From the NCBI GenBank assembly GCA_014905635.1, contig JABVCE010000013.1:310001-374000 (forward strand): a stretch of DNA of 64,000 nt, in the 5' to 3' direction. A program made the position numbers and the translations under genes. The notes below the pieces were generated by a model. That model was given only the letters and a program-made list of their open reading frames with translations, did not search any database and was not told the origin of the DNA. The DNA is from Scenedesmus sp. PABB004 (lineage: Eukaryota). Positions within the stretch are counted from its first letter, which is position 1; every line of letters begins with the position of its first letter. Shown here piece by piece: positions 1 through 12,500 of the stretch.

Positions 1-1367
1 TGCTGTCCGGCGTCAAACAGCATGTTTGCCATCTCTGCGTCGTCCGGCGGCGGCGGTTTGTACCTGCGCGCGTGTGCAGCCGCTCGACGCGCGACGCGCA
101 CCGCGCCGCGCGCGGCGCCGGGCACGGCGCCGCGCGCAGCCCACGCAGCCGCAAGCGCCGCACCGGTCGGGCGTTTTGCTCGGGTACGCGATGCACAGCC
201 CGACCTGCAGCGCGCCAAACACCGCCCCCACCTGCGCAGAGCGCCGCGGGGCACTGCGTGGGCGGCCCATGGCGCACGCCCTGCCTGCCCCGCCCCCTCC
301 TCACCCACCCGCCCACCCACCGCGCCGCCCTGCCCCGCCGCCGCGCGCGCGGCGCACCATGTTTGGCCCGTAAATGAACGCGTCCCCGAGCGCGAGGCCG
401 TACCCGCTCCAGAGCAGGCCGTTGACGGCGTTCATGCACGCAAAGGGCAGGTGCAGCGCCGCCGCGCTGCGCGTGGCCAGCACCTCGGCGAGCACGCTCA
501 GCGGCGCGCAGTAGAAGATGATCAGGATGAACACCGTGGTGCTGCCCCTGTTGTGAGGGGCGGTTCGTTTTGCCCGGCATCGGGGCGTGTGTGTGTTTGG
601 GTGGGTGTGTGGGGGGGGGGCGGGGCGCTGCGCTGAGGGGCGGCCGCGCTCGCGGGCGGCACCAAGCGCGACGGGGCCGCGCACCAGATGTTGACGGTGC
701 CCGCGTGGTCGAAGCGCCCGAAGCTCACCGCCGCGCCCGCGGCGGTCAGCAGCGCGGCAAAGGCCATGACGCCCTGCAGCATGCGGTCGCGCGTCTGCGC
801 GGCGCGCGGCGCGCGGCGTCGGCGCGGGGTGGGCGCCGGGCGCCGGGCGCCGCGCCGGCCACGCCGCCGCCGCCGCCGTCGGCACCGCGACCGCCGCCGC
901 GGCGCCGTTGCGGCGCGCCGGCGCGCACCCGGTCGTCGGCGAAGCCGTAGCAGCTGATGGCCATGAACGACCCCAGCAGCAGGCCCGGCACGTTGCTCGC
1001 GAGCACGTAGGGGTCGACGGTGATGAACGAGTAGACCAGCCACGCCACGCAGTTGGCCCACATCGCCACCAGCGGCAGCGGGTTGAGGCTCTGGCGCGGC
1101 GCGGCGCGGCGCGGCGCGGCGCGGCGGGCGAGCGCCACGGCGGCGGCAGCGGCGGCGCGGGAGCAGCGGCTCGGCGGCGCGGCGCCCGGCGGCGCGCCGG
1201 CGCCCGCCCCGGGACCGCGGATCCGCGGCGTCGGCCCGTGCGCCGCTCACCCCCAGGGCCTTGGCGCCGCGCACGGCCAGCACGGCCTGGAAGGGGCTCG
1301 CGAAGAGCGCCCATGCCACCAGGCAGCCCAGCCCGGGCACAACGTGCTTCATGATCAGGTCCCCCAT
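1..1367 (-). CDS. SWEET: SWEET/MtN3 sugar transporter, multi-exon, 3' end runs off the window
   Basis: Spliced translation MGDLIMKHVVPGLGCLVAWALFASPFQAV...SLNPLPLVAMWANCVAWLVYS...SNVPGLLLG...IFYCAPLSVLAEVLATRSAAALHLPFACMNAVNGLLWSGYGLALGDAFIYGPNM-VGAVFGALQ gives two MtN3 repeats. The last visible exon (YKPPPPDDAEMANMLFDAGQ) is open at position 1. Confidence 0.92.
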
Positions 1368-1685
1368 CGCGCCGCCGCCCCGCCCTGCCGCCGCGACACG
1401 GCGGGCGGGCGGGCGGGCGGCCAGGCGGCGGCGGCAGGCGGCACGAGGCGGCAGCAGCGGGCGCGGCGCGGCGCGGCGCGGCGCACGGTGCGGTCGACGG
1501 GGCCTTTGTGGCCGTGCGGCGCGGCGTGGGGAGTGGAGAACACTAGGACCGGCGGCGCTGCCGTTGCGCCGGCGGGGTTTGGCGACAGGTCAAACGGCGG
1601 CGTCTGCGGCGGCCCGGCGCGCGGCCGCCCCGCCACAGCCATTGCGCCCGGCCGTCGCCGCCCGCCGCTCCCGCACAGGGCCACG

Positions 1686-2409
1686 ATGGCGGCGGCGCCC
1701 GCGCCGCCGGCGGCCCGCGCCGCCGCTGCCGGCGGCGGCGCCGCGACGGAGGCGGAGCTGCTCGGCCTCGCGCCGCCGCCGCAGCTGGTGGACCGCGTGC
1801 GGCCGGGGCCGTCGGGCACCGTGGCGTCCACAGCGGCAGCGGCGGCCGTGCGTCTCGCGGCGTGCGTGCGCGCGGCGCCGGAGCGCGCGCCAGGCGGGCT
1901 GGCCGCGGCGCCGCCGGCCCGCCGCCGCCCGGGGGCGTCATGCAGGTGCGGCCGCGGTGACGCGGCGCGGCGCGGCGCGGCGGCGAAGAGCCCGGCGCCG
2001 ACGCCGGCGGGCCCGCCACCGCGCCGCCGGTCCGCGCGCAGGACCTGCTGCGCGCGGCGGATAAGGCCGCGGCGGCGGGGCTCGGCGACTGGCACCTGCA
2101 GGCGCTGCAGGGCGGCAGCCCGCTGTTCACGCAGCACGTGCTGCTCGGCGCGCTCGGCCCCGAGACGCTGCTGCACCGCCACCGCCTGGGCGAGCCCCAG
2201 ATACTCGCCCTCTACGGCCTCCTCCACCGCCACGCGGCCGGCTTCCAGGCCGAGGTCGCGCGCGCGCTCGAGGGCGCGGACGAGCGCTCGGCGCTGCTCA
2301 CGAGCGTGTGGGCCGCGTTTGCGCAGCTCTGGGACGAGTGCGCGCAGGTGCGGCGCGCCTGGCGCGCGCGGCGCCGGGTCCGGTGTGCCGCGCGGCGGCG
2401 GCCGACCGC

Positions 2410-2445
<36 letters not shown>

Positions 2446-2737
2446 TCTGGCAGGGCGCCTTCCAGGGCGAGGTGCTGGCGGCGGTCGGGGAGCTGCGGGG
2501 CACGCACGCGGCGCTGCTGGATGCGCAGGACGCGCTGGCGGACGCGCAGGCCGAGGGCGCGGCGCTCAAGGAGCGCTGCGCCGAGTTTGTGCGGGCCAGC
2601 CTGGACCACATGCTCGCCTGGCGCAGCCTCAAGGCGCGCGCGGACGCGCTCGAGGGTGAGCGCGCGCGGGTCGCGGCGGGCGGGGTGGGGCGGGCGCAGC
2701 CACCAGCGGCGCGCGCGGCCGTGCCGGCCGGCCGAGA

Positions 2738-2778
<41 letters not shown>

Positions 2779-5700
2779 GGCGAGGTCGCCATGCTGGGCG
2801 CGGCCAACAGCGAGGTCAGCCTGCGCGCCGCCGCGACGGCCGCGCGCAACACGCAGCTCACGCTGCAGCTGGAGGGCGTGCAGGCGCGCCTGGGCGGCGC
2901 GGAGCGCGCGATCGCGGAGCGCGAGGCCGCGCTCGCGGCGGCGCGGGGGCGCTGCTGGAGAAGGACAGCGCGCTGCGCCAGCTTGACGCGCACGCGGCGG
3001 CGCTGCAGCAGCAGCTGCTCGCGGCGGGGCAGGCGGCGCAGCGCCAGGACGCCGCGGCGGCGGCGCTGCAGCGCCAGCTCGCCGACGCGGCCGCGGCGGT
3101 GGCGGACGGCGAGCGGCGCGTGGCCGACAAGCAGCGCGCCTTTAACCTGCTGCACGCCGACTTTGCCAAGCAGAAGGCCGAGGCGGCCGAGGCGGCCGAG
3201 CGCGCCGCGGCGGCGGAGGCGAGGTGCGCGCGGGCAGCGCGCGCAGGCGGGGTCGCGCGGGCCGCCGCCGCCGGCAGCTGCGCAGCATGCGCACCGCGCC
3301 CCGCCGCCGCCGCCGGCACCGCAGGGCGGCAGCGCTGCAGGGAGAGCTGGCCGCGGCCCGCGGCGCCGCCGCGCGGGGCGACGCTTGGCGGCGGCGCTGG
3401 GAGGCCGGCGCGATGGAGGTGGAGGACCTGCAGGCGGCCAACGCGCGTGCGACGCGGCGCCGCGCCGAGCTGGTGGCGAGCTACTGGCCGGTGATGACCC
3501 GCCTCGGCGCGGCGGAGGACGCGGTCGCCGCGCTGCGCCGCCAGGTGGGCGGGCCGGCAGCCGCGGCCGCCGGCGTCGCGCCGCGCGCGCCGCCGAGCCG
3601 CGCACACCGCCGCCCGCGGCCCGCGGCCGCAGCTGCTCGACCTCGGCCAGGAGCCCGCGGCGGCGCTGCCGCCCCGGGACAGCAGGGCCGCGGACGTCGA
3701 GGCGCTGGCTGCCGTGGAGGCCGGCGCCGGCGCCGGCGCCGGCGGCGGCCCGCCTGCTTCTCAGCGGCAGCCGGCGCCGGCCGAAGGCAGCAGCGCGGTG
3801 CCTGAACCGCCGGCGGCTCAGCAGCAGCCGGCAGCGCAGCAGGCGCCCGTGCAGGCGCCGCCAGCTGGCGGCGGCCCGCCGCCCCCGGGGGCATGGAGGC
3901 TGCGGTGGCCGGCGAGCTGGCGGAGCTGCAGGCCAGCTTCCTGCAGCTGCAGGGCGAGTACTGGGGCCTGAAGGAGCGGGCGCTGGCGGCAGAGCTGGCG
4001 GCGGTGCAGCTGCGCGCGGACGGCGAGGCCGCGACGGCCGCGGCGGAACAGGTGGGCGGGGCGGGTGGGGAGGAGGTGCGCGCGCGGCGGGCGCGCGCGG
4101 CGCCGTCCCTGACCCGGCGCCAACGCGGCGCGGCACGCGCGGCGCAGGCCACCGCCGAGCTGGCCGGCGCGCGGGCGGAGGCGGCGCGTGGTGCGGCGCA
4201 GTGCGCGCGGCTGGAGGCGGACATTGCTGGGCTGCGTAGCTGGGTGCGCGAGCTGGAAAAGACCGAGCAGGCGCACCTCAAGGCCCTTCGGTGCGGTGCG
4301 GGCACGGCGGGGGCCCCGGGCCTGCACGCTTGCCTGCCTGCCGCGCTGCTGCCTACCCATGAGCCGCTGCCGCCGCGCCGGCGCAGGCAGCAGGGCGCGC
4401 TGGAGGACGCGGCGACGGTGGCGCAGCGCCAGCTGGACGACTGCCGCGCCGCGCTCGCGGCGGCGCGCGCGGACGCGGCGCTGGCGCGGGCAGCCGCCAA
4501 CGCGGCGGCGCGGGAGCGCGGCGCGCTGCTGGCGCAGCTGGCGCAGGAGCTGAACAAGGCGACGCTGGTGGAGCAGGTGGGGCGCTGCGACGAGGCCGCC
4601 GGCTGTGTGCGCACGCGCGCGTTGTGCCCGACGCTGGCGGCGCCGCCGCCGTCACCGCAGGCGCTGAACCGCGCCCACGAGCAGGAGCTCGGCCGGGCGC
4701 GGGCCGGCGCCGCGCGCCTGCAGGCGGCGCTGGACCAGCAGGCGGCGGCGCTGGCGTCGGCGCAGGCGCAGCTCGGCGACGCCGAGGCGGGCCGCGCCGC
4801 GGCGCGCGCCGCGGCGGCAAACGCGCAGGGCGAGCTCGCGAACGCGCAGCAGGAATGCCAGCGGCAGGCCGCGGCGCTCGCTCAGGCGCAGGCCTTCCTG
4901 GCGCAGACGCTGCGGCGGCTGGAGGGCCTGGAGGGCCGCGTCAGCCTCCTCAGCAGCACCGGCCTGCTGGCGGACGAGGGGCCCGGAGCGGACGCCGACG
5001 AGGGGCCCAACGCCGCCGGCCCGGACGCGGGTGCGGCGCCCGTCGTGGCGCGGCCGATCGACGCGGGCGTCGAGGCCGCGCTGCACCTGCTGGACCGGCT
5101 GCTGGTGTCGCTGCAGTGCCTTGCCCTGGACGCTGGGACCATCGCCAACGCCGCGGCGGCGGCCAAGGTGGAGGCGCTCGCGGGCGCGCTCGTGGCGGGC
5201 GTGGACGCGGCGGCCGCGGCGGCGGCGGCGGCCGGCGGGCCCGCCGCCGCGACCGCGGGCCTGGTCGCGGCGCGCAACGCGGGCAGCGCGGCGGCGCGGC
5301 AGCGCGCGGCCGAGCTGGAGCAGCAGGCCGCGGCGCTGCGGCTGGCGGCCTCGGACGCCGCGTCGCGCGCGGCGGCGGCGGGCTCGGCGCGCGAGCGGCT
5401 CGCGCGGGCGCTGCAGCTCAAGGCCCGCGCCGCGGCGGGGCTGGAGCGCCAGCTCGCCGCGGCGCAGGCGGCGGCGGGCGCCGCCGTCGCGGGCGCCGCC
5501 GCGCGGGAGCGCGCGCTGCTGGCGCTGCAGCAGGAGCACGCCGCGGCGCGGCTCGAGCGCGGCGCGCTGCTGGGGCAGGCGACCGCGGCCGCGGGCGCGC
5601 TCGCCGCCGCCGCCGGGCGGGCCGCGGCCGCGGAGGGCGAGGCCGCGCAGCAGGCGGCGTCCGCCGCCGAGGCGGGCGACGCGGCCGTGGCGCTGTCGGT

Positions 5701-6094
5701 CGCGCTCGCGCGCGTGGCGGCCGACGCGCGGCGCGACGGCCTCGAGGCCCGCACGGCGGCGGCGGCCGCCGCGGCCGCGGCCGCGCAGGTCGACGCGCTG
5801 GGCGCGCAGCTCGCGGGCGAGCGCGCGCGCGCCGCGGGCCTGGCGGCCGAGCTCGGCGCCGCGCGGCGGCGCGCCGACGCGTGCGTGGCCGCCGCGCGGG
5901 ACGCCGAGTACGCGCGCGTGGTCACGGCCACGCTGCTCGCAGACGCCCGCCGCGCCCTCGCGGGCGCGGGCGGGCAGGAGGGCCTGGCTGCGCTTGCGGC
6001 GGAGGAGGCGGCGGTCCCGGCGGCGGTGGTGTTGGCCGGGCGGCAGCAGCCGGCGGCGGCGGCTGCCGGCGGGCCGGCGGGCGACGGGGGTTGA
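1686..6094 (+). CDS. Long Ala/Gln/Glu-rich coiled-coil protein of unknown function, multi-exon
   Basis: ATG at 1686. Exons with coding-like content and GT-AG boundaries include LFTQHVLLGALGPETLLHRHRLGEPQILALYGLL, LLEKDSALRQLDAH, ELAELQASFLQLQGEYWGLKE and LEADIAGLRSWVRELEK. Stop at 6092-6094. Apparent 1-bp frameshift in a G run near 2945. Confidence 0.7.
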
Positions 6095-6383
6095 CCGCGC
6101 CCTGCGTTTTGAACCCCGACGCAGCAGCAGTCTGCCGCAGGCGACCTCATCAGCACGCCAGTCTTCGCCCCGCTGCGCTGGGCTGTTGAGCAGCCGGCGC
6201 CGGCGCCGGCGCCCGCACCACAACGGCCGCCGCCGCGCGCGCCGGTCAGGCCGTGCCGCTCCCGGCGACCGGGCTTGCCGCGAGGGCCGTGTGACACTGC
6301 CGCCTTGCGGCCCGCCAGCCCTCCGCGTGGCCTGGACTGGCCGCTGACCTCCTGGCATCAGCAGCACCTGCAGCGAGCGGCAA

Positions 6384-7283
6384 ATGCTCTCCCCGGAGCC
6401 CGGGGCTGACGCGCCTCCCCGGTCGGTCCCGGCCCGGCCCTTCCTGAAGCGGGGCGAGGGCGTGAACAAGCGCCTGACGGCCTACCAGCGCCGCACGCCG
6501 CCCAAGCAGCAGCCCGCCGGCGGGAGCGACCAGGCCGAGCCGCCGCCGGCCAGCCCGCCGCGCAGCCCCGCCAAGGGCCTGGCCCGGACCGCCGCCGACG
6601 CTCCGGCCGCCGGCGGCCGGGGCTACGGCGCAGCCGCGCAGCGCGCCGCCGCGGCGCGCGCGGCGGCGGCGCCGGCCGACGACGGGAAGGCCGAGGCGGA
6701 GGCCAGCCTGTTTGGCGGCTTTGCCGGCCTCGGTTGCGATGACGCGGGCACACCCGGCTCAGCCGGCCGGGCCGGCAGCGAGCAGTGGGGCTCGCGCCAG
6801 GCCGAGGAGGTGGGCGCGCCCCGCCGCGCGGCGCCCGCCCAGCGCGCGGGCCCCAGCCGCCGCTCGCACGCCGCCGCTGAGCCCACCCGGCTGCTGCTGA
6901 GCTTGCCGCTGCCGTCGCCGCCCCGCTGCCGCGCAGGACCTGGAGCTGGAGGAGTTTCGGGCGCTCGAGCGGGAAATCTTGGGCGGCAGCCACGTGCACC
7001 AGCCCGACCAGCGCCCGGCGCAGCAGCAGCACCAGCACCAGCACCAGCACCAGCCGCGCCAGCAGCCGGCGTCGCCGGCCCGCCGCGCGCTGAGCCCCCG
7101 CCGTGTGCCGCAGCAGCGCGGGCCGACGGCGGCAGAGGCGGCCGAGGCGGCCGCGGCGGCGGCGTACGGCGTCGCGTTTGGCGCCGACGGCAGCCCGCTG
7201 GGCGGCGAGTGCGAGCAGGCGATGATGCACTTCCAGGACGACACGGAGTGGGTGGACACGGAGTTTTCGTTCGCGGGGCTGCC

Positions 7284-7335
<52 letters not shown>

Positions 7336-10054
7336 CAGCCCCGGTCCCCGGGCCGCGCACAGTTCGCGGAGCAGGCGGAGCCGGAGCAGGACGACGGCGA
7401 GCGCGGCACACTGTCGCAGCCCTACGTGCGCGCGCTGTTCAACCAGGCCGCGGGCGGCGGCGGCGGCCGGCCGCCGCGGCCCGGCACGGGCACGGGCGCG
7501 CGCGGCCGGCAGCAGGCCGCCGCCGCCGCCACCGCGTCGCGTGCGGTCGCCGCCGCGGCGGCAGCGGCTGCCGCGGACGGCAGCTGCAGCCCGCCGCTGG
7601 GCGGCGAGCCGGGCGGCGAGGGCCCGCTGGTGGCGGTGCCGGCCGAGCTGGTGGACCGCTGGACGGCGCTGGAGGCGGCCGCGCCCGGGCTGCAGCAGGA
7701 GAAGGCGGCGCTGCGCAAGATGCGGGTTGAGCTGGAGCGCGCCGCGACGCGCCTGTCGCAGGAGCGCACGGCCTGGGAGAAGCAGCAGGTGCGGAGGGGC
7801 GGCGCCTGCCAGGCGCGGCGCACGCCGCGGGGGCCGCTGCGGCGCCGACGCCGCCCTGTCGCCCCCTCCCCTCCCTTCCCCGGCCAGGCCGCCGCGCAGG
7901 CGTCGCTGGAGGCGTGGCGCGCTGAGGAGGCGCGCCGGCTGGCGCGCGACCGGCGCGTGCTGGAGCAGCAGAGCAAGGCGCTGCTGGCGCTGCCGAACAA
8001 GTGCGACACGCTGCGCCGCTGCACCGCCGGCCTCGCTGCCGGGCCGCGGCGCCGACGTCGCCCCGCGCGGCGTCGCCTCGCAGGAAGGAGCGCGCGGCGG
8101 TGGAGGCGGCCGAGGCCGCGCTGGAGAAGGAGCGCGGCGACGCGCGCGCAGCGGCGGCGCGGCACCGGCTCACGGTGGAGCGGCTGCGCTGCCAGGTCAA
8201 GGAGCTGCAGGTGCGGGCGCTGCGCCGCGCTGACGCGGCCGCGGCCGCGCCGGAGCGGTGCTCTGACGCGCGCGCGCGGTCGCGCGCGCGCCGCAGGACC
8301 GCTGTGCAGAGCTGCGCGAGGAGGTGCGCTGGCACGAGGCGCAGCAGCTCAATTCGACAGCGTACGCGGCCGGCGAGCCGCGCGCGCGGCGCAGGCCGAC
8401 CGCCACCGCCACGTGAGCGCGCGGCGCGCGGCGTGCGGCACGCGGCGTTCGCGGTGGCCGGGCGCGCGTGTGGGTGCGGCGCCGCCAGGGGCGTCCGCGC
8501 CGAGCTCGCACCGTGCCGCCCGCAGGACGCAGACGGACGCCGCGCTGCAGCCGCCGTCTGCCACGGCTGCGGCAGCCGCGGCGGCGGCCGCCGCCGCCGC
8601 GCGGCTCGAGGCCGGCAACGGCGGCGGCGACGGCGGCGGCAAGGCGGCTGACCCGCTGTATGCTGCGCTCTTCGGCGATGACGCGGACGACGCCGCGCCG
8701 GCTGTGTGCGCCGGCAGCGGGGGCAGGCCGGCGGGCGCGGCGCGCGGCGGCGCCGCCGCGGCGTGGCCGGCCGCCGGCGCGGCCGCCAGCTCGCGGCGGG
8801 CGGCGGGCGGCAGCCCCCTGAGGCAGCAGCAGCCGGCCGGCCGGCGAGCGGGCAGCGGCGAGAGCTGGGCCGCGCCGGAGGCGGCGCAGCAGCGCCAGGC
8901 GAGCCCGGGGCGTGGCCGCAGCCCGTCGCCGCGGCGGCCGCAGGCCGGCGGCGGCGCGCAGTCGCCGGCGTCGCCGCGGCGCGCCGAGCCGGCCGGCGCC
9001 GGCGGCGGCTGCTTTGACGGCGGCGAGGAGGACAGCTTTAGCTTTGCGCCCGCCGTCGCGGCCGCCGAGGCAGCGGCGCAGCGCGCCAGCCCCAGCAGCG
9101 CGGCCGGCGTGCTGCTCGCAGCGGGGCCGGCGGCGGCAGCCCCGCGCAGCACTGCGGCGACGCCGGGCCCGGCTGGCCGGCGCAGCACCAGCAGCAGCAC
9201 CAGCAGCGCGGCGTCGCCGCAAACGGCGCCGCCGCCGCCGCCGCGCCCGCGCCGCCGCGGCGGCCCGGCACACCGGTGCTGCTGGAGGAGCTGGCGCACG
9301 CCGACGGCAAGCGCGAGCGCATCTACAGCGACGGCTCGCGCGCGCTGCGCTACGCCAACGGCACGCTCAAGCGCTGCGACCCCGATGGCGGCGTGGCGAT
9401 CCGCTTTGTCAACGGCGACGTCAAGCGGCAGGACCCCGGCGGTGTGACGCACTACTACTACGCAGAGGCGCGGCGCGCCCGCCACCGCGCCCGCCCGCCC
9501 GCCACCGCGCTCGCCCGCCCACGCGCGCGCCCACGCGCGCGCGCCGCGCGCCCGCCACCGCGTGCCCGCGCGGCGGCCCGGCCCGGCCGCCGACGCCCCC
9601 CCCCCCCCCGCCCGCCCGCGCCGCAGGTCGCCACGTGGCAGAGCAGCCACCCCGACGGCGTGGAGGTGTTTTACTTCCCCACCGGCCAGGTGCGGCTGGC
9701 GCGGACGCGCTTGCTTGCCCGCCGGCGCCGCGGCGGCACGTGCGCGTGAGCACGCGCCCGTGCGCGCTCGTGCGCAGGTGGAGGGCCACCACCCTGACGG
9801 CACCAAGGACATCGTCTTCCCCGACGGCGCCATCCGGCGCGTTGCGCACGACGGGTGAGCCGCACGGCCACGGCTGTGTGTGCGTTGCGGCGGCCGCCGC
9901 GCCGCGCCGCGCCGCGCCGCGCCGCGCAGCGCGGCCGAGCTCGCCCCGCCCCGCGCCTGCGACCGTCCGGCGCAGGAGCGAGCGTGCCATCACCGCGGGC
10001 ATGCTGCACGCCGCCGTGCGCACGCCGCCGCCCGACCTGGACGATCTGCCGTGA
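6384..10054 (+). CDS. SAS4: Centriole protein SAS-4/CPAP (centromere protein J) homolog
   Basis: N-terminal PARPFLKRGEG motif, then DLELEEFRALEREI and a central coiled coil. C-terminal Tcp10/G-box glycine repeats: HADGKRERIYSDGSRALRYANGTLKRCDPDGGVAIRFVNGDVKRQDPGGVTHYYYAE-VATWQSSHPDGVEVFYFPTGQ-VEGHHPDGTKDIVFPDG. Start codon is uncertain. Probable frameshift near 9170. Confidence 0.88.
7285..7332 (+). repeat. (CAG)16 microsatellite encoding polyQ in SAS-4
   Basis: Directly visible CAG run in frame with the SAS-4 exon. Confidence 0.95.
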
Positions 10055-10381
10055 CGCGCGGCGCAGGGGGGCGTCTGTGAGCGCGGGGCGCGGAGCGGGG
10101 CTGGGCGGCACTGCGCTCGGCCTGCTTGACTCAGCCTTGACGACGACCGCGCACGAACGCGTGCCGGCGCGCTGCGACGCGCGCTCGGCCGCTGCGGCGG
10201 GCCTGACCGACCGACGGTGCGGCTGCGTGATCTGCCAGCGCCGTGACAGCAGCCCGCGAGCGTGAATTGCACGCCCGCCTGCTGCGTGCTCGGACCAGAC
10301 CGACGGGGTTGCAACAAACGGCTCTCTCCCTCTCTCTCTCGCTCTCACCCAGCCCAGCTGCCTTGACCGCTCGCCTGCGGC

Positions 10382-12222
10382 TCACGCGCCGGCCGCTGGC
10401 TTGACGGCGACGACGGTTCGGTGCCGCGGCGAGTTGCTGGCCTGCCGCGGCGCGTCAAAGCCCGCGGCCGCAACGGCGGCATGCAGGTCCAGGGTGACAT
10501 ACTGGATGAGCCACGGCTCGGTGGACTTGAAGGCGCAAAAGGCAAAGACGTTGCCGAAGATGCGCGAAAAGCTGGGGGCGGCGGGGTCCATCTCCATTAT
10601 GGTCAGCACTGCGCGAGAGTGAGCAGCGAGGCGCGTGGTGCGTGTGAGCGGCGGCGGCGCACACGGCGTGAGCGGCGGCGGCGGCGCGGCGTGGCGCCCC
10701 GCCCCGCCGCACCGCCGCCGGGGCGGAGCACGCGGTGCGCCTCCGCCAGGATCGCCCGCGTCGCGTGCTGGGGCAGCTCGTGCGCGACGAGGCACATCGA
10801 GACGACGTCAAAGGACCCCGCCGGCAGCCGCGTGTCCTCCGCGTTGCGGTGCAGCAGCGTGAGCGGCTCGGCCGCGCCCGCCGCGGCCTCGCGGCGCTGC
10901 TGGTGGTAGCGGCCCACGGCGACCATGTGCGGCGACAGGTCCACGCCGGTGACGTGCGCGGCGGGAAAGAGCTCGCGCAGCGCCTGCGGGCCGCGCGAGG
11001 CGGCGGCGGCGGTCGAGGCCTGCCGCCGCCGCGCGCGACCAGCCACGCCGGCCGGCTGGGGCCGGCGCCCCACCCGCCCGCCATCGCGCGCGCGCGCACC
11101 AGGCTGCTGAGGCCTGTGGCGCAGCCCAGATCTAGCACGGCGCGCACGTCACCAGGGGCGGGCGCGCCCGGCGCGTCCGCCATCAGCTGCAGCAGGCAGC
11201 GCCCGTAGCTGCTGCGCAGCTGCTGGTCGCCGCTGCGGGCGCGGCGGCCGGGCGCGGCGGTCGGGCGCGGGCGCAGCCGCCCGGCGGCGCCGGCCGGCGG
11301 CGCGGCCGCGCCGGCGGGCTGCGGCCGGTTCGCTGCGGCCGGCGGGCTGCGGCCGGTGGGCTGTGGCCGGCGGGCTGCGGCCGGTTCGCTGCGGCCGGTG
11401 GGCTTTGGCCGGCGGGCTGCGGCCGGTTCGCTGCGGCCGGCGGGCTGCGGCCGGCGGGCTCACTCTGCGTCCATGCGCTTGTTGGCGGGGTCCATGACCG
11501 GCGCGTGCACGCTCGCTGACGACAGCGCAAACTCCTGGGCCGCCTCCCAGCACAGGTTGCCCTGCGACCGGCGGCGGCCGCGGCGGCGCGCGCGTCAGCG
11601 TGGGGGCGCGGCTGCCCACACCGCGCGCGCGGTGTCGCGTCGGCGCGGCCGCGGCGGTCAGCTCGTGGCGGCGGTGCCGGAGCCCCGCGCGCCTGCTTGT
11701 AGGCGTGGAACGGCTGCGTGTAGTAGGCCGGATACGCCCCCGCGGCAGGGTCGGTCGCGGCGGCGAGGCGGGCCGGCCAGTCAGGCACGGCGCGCAGCTC
11801 GTCGAGCGTGCCCGTCCAGTCCACGCCGATCGCCTCGCCCCGCTGGATGATCATCGCGCGCGCCTTCTTGGTCGCCGCCTCGAACACGGGCGGGAAGCGG
11901 AACAGTGCCTCCACCGCGCCGACCAGCAGCGGGTTGGGGGGTGCGCTCAGCGGCGCGCCGCCCGCGCCGGCGGTGCTCTGCGGCGCGCCGCCGGCGCTGG
12001 CGGCGCTGCGCGCGCGGGTGGCGCGCCCCGGCGCCACCAGCGAGGGCCTGGGCGGGCGTGCGGTGAAGGCGCGGCCCTGCGGCGGCCGCGGTGGCGCCGA
12101 TCAGCAGCGGCAAGCGGCGAGCTGCACCGAGATCCGGCCGCACAGCGCCGCTCGCCGCCGCCAGCCCTCACGTGGAAGTTACGCCCGGCGGGCTGCACGC
12201 CCGTGCTCGCGCCCGACAGCAT
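10382..12222 (-). CDS. Class I SAM-dependent methyltransferase (Methyltransf_11/UbiE-like), probably plastid-targeted
   Basis: Motifs YPAYYTQPFHAYKQ-GNLCWEAAQE, VLDLGCATGLSS (motif I), VTGVDLSPHM, SFDVVSMCLVAHELP, EAHRVLRPGG and STEPW. The Arg/Ala/Ser-rich N-terminus resembles a transit peptide. Confidence 0.88.
11317..11460. repeat. Intronic ~14-bp tandem repeat, about 10 copies (gctgcggccggNNN)
   Basis: Variant units gctgcggccggttc, gctgcggccggcgg and gctgtggccggcgg lie inside a methyltransferase intron. Confidence 0.85.
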
Positions 12223-12500
12223 CGCTGCGCGTGCTCGCTGCGAGCGGCGGCGGGCGTCGCGGGCCTGCGCTGCTGGGTGCCGGCGCCGCACGGCGAGGAG
12301 AGCGCGCGCGCGAGACTTGCTGGTGTGGCGCGGGTGGGCGGCCAGCGACCCGGCACGACGATGGTCCCCGCCGGCGCGGCGCTGCACCGCCGCGGTCTGG
12401 CGGCGCGGCGCAGCGGCGGCGGCGGTGCAAACACCGGCCCGCCCGCCCGTCAGCTGCTGCGCCGACACCACCACCACGAGCGCCACGGCAGCGCCGCGCC

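Noticed and set aside
11317..11460. Tandem repeat arrays as a possible CRISPR array
   Set aside because: There are no unique spacers and no cas genes. These are intronic minisatellites in a eukaryotic gene.
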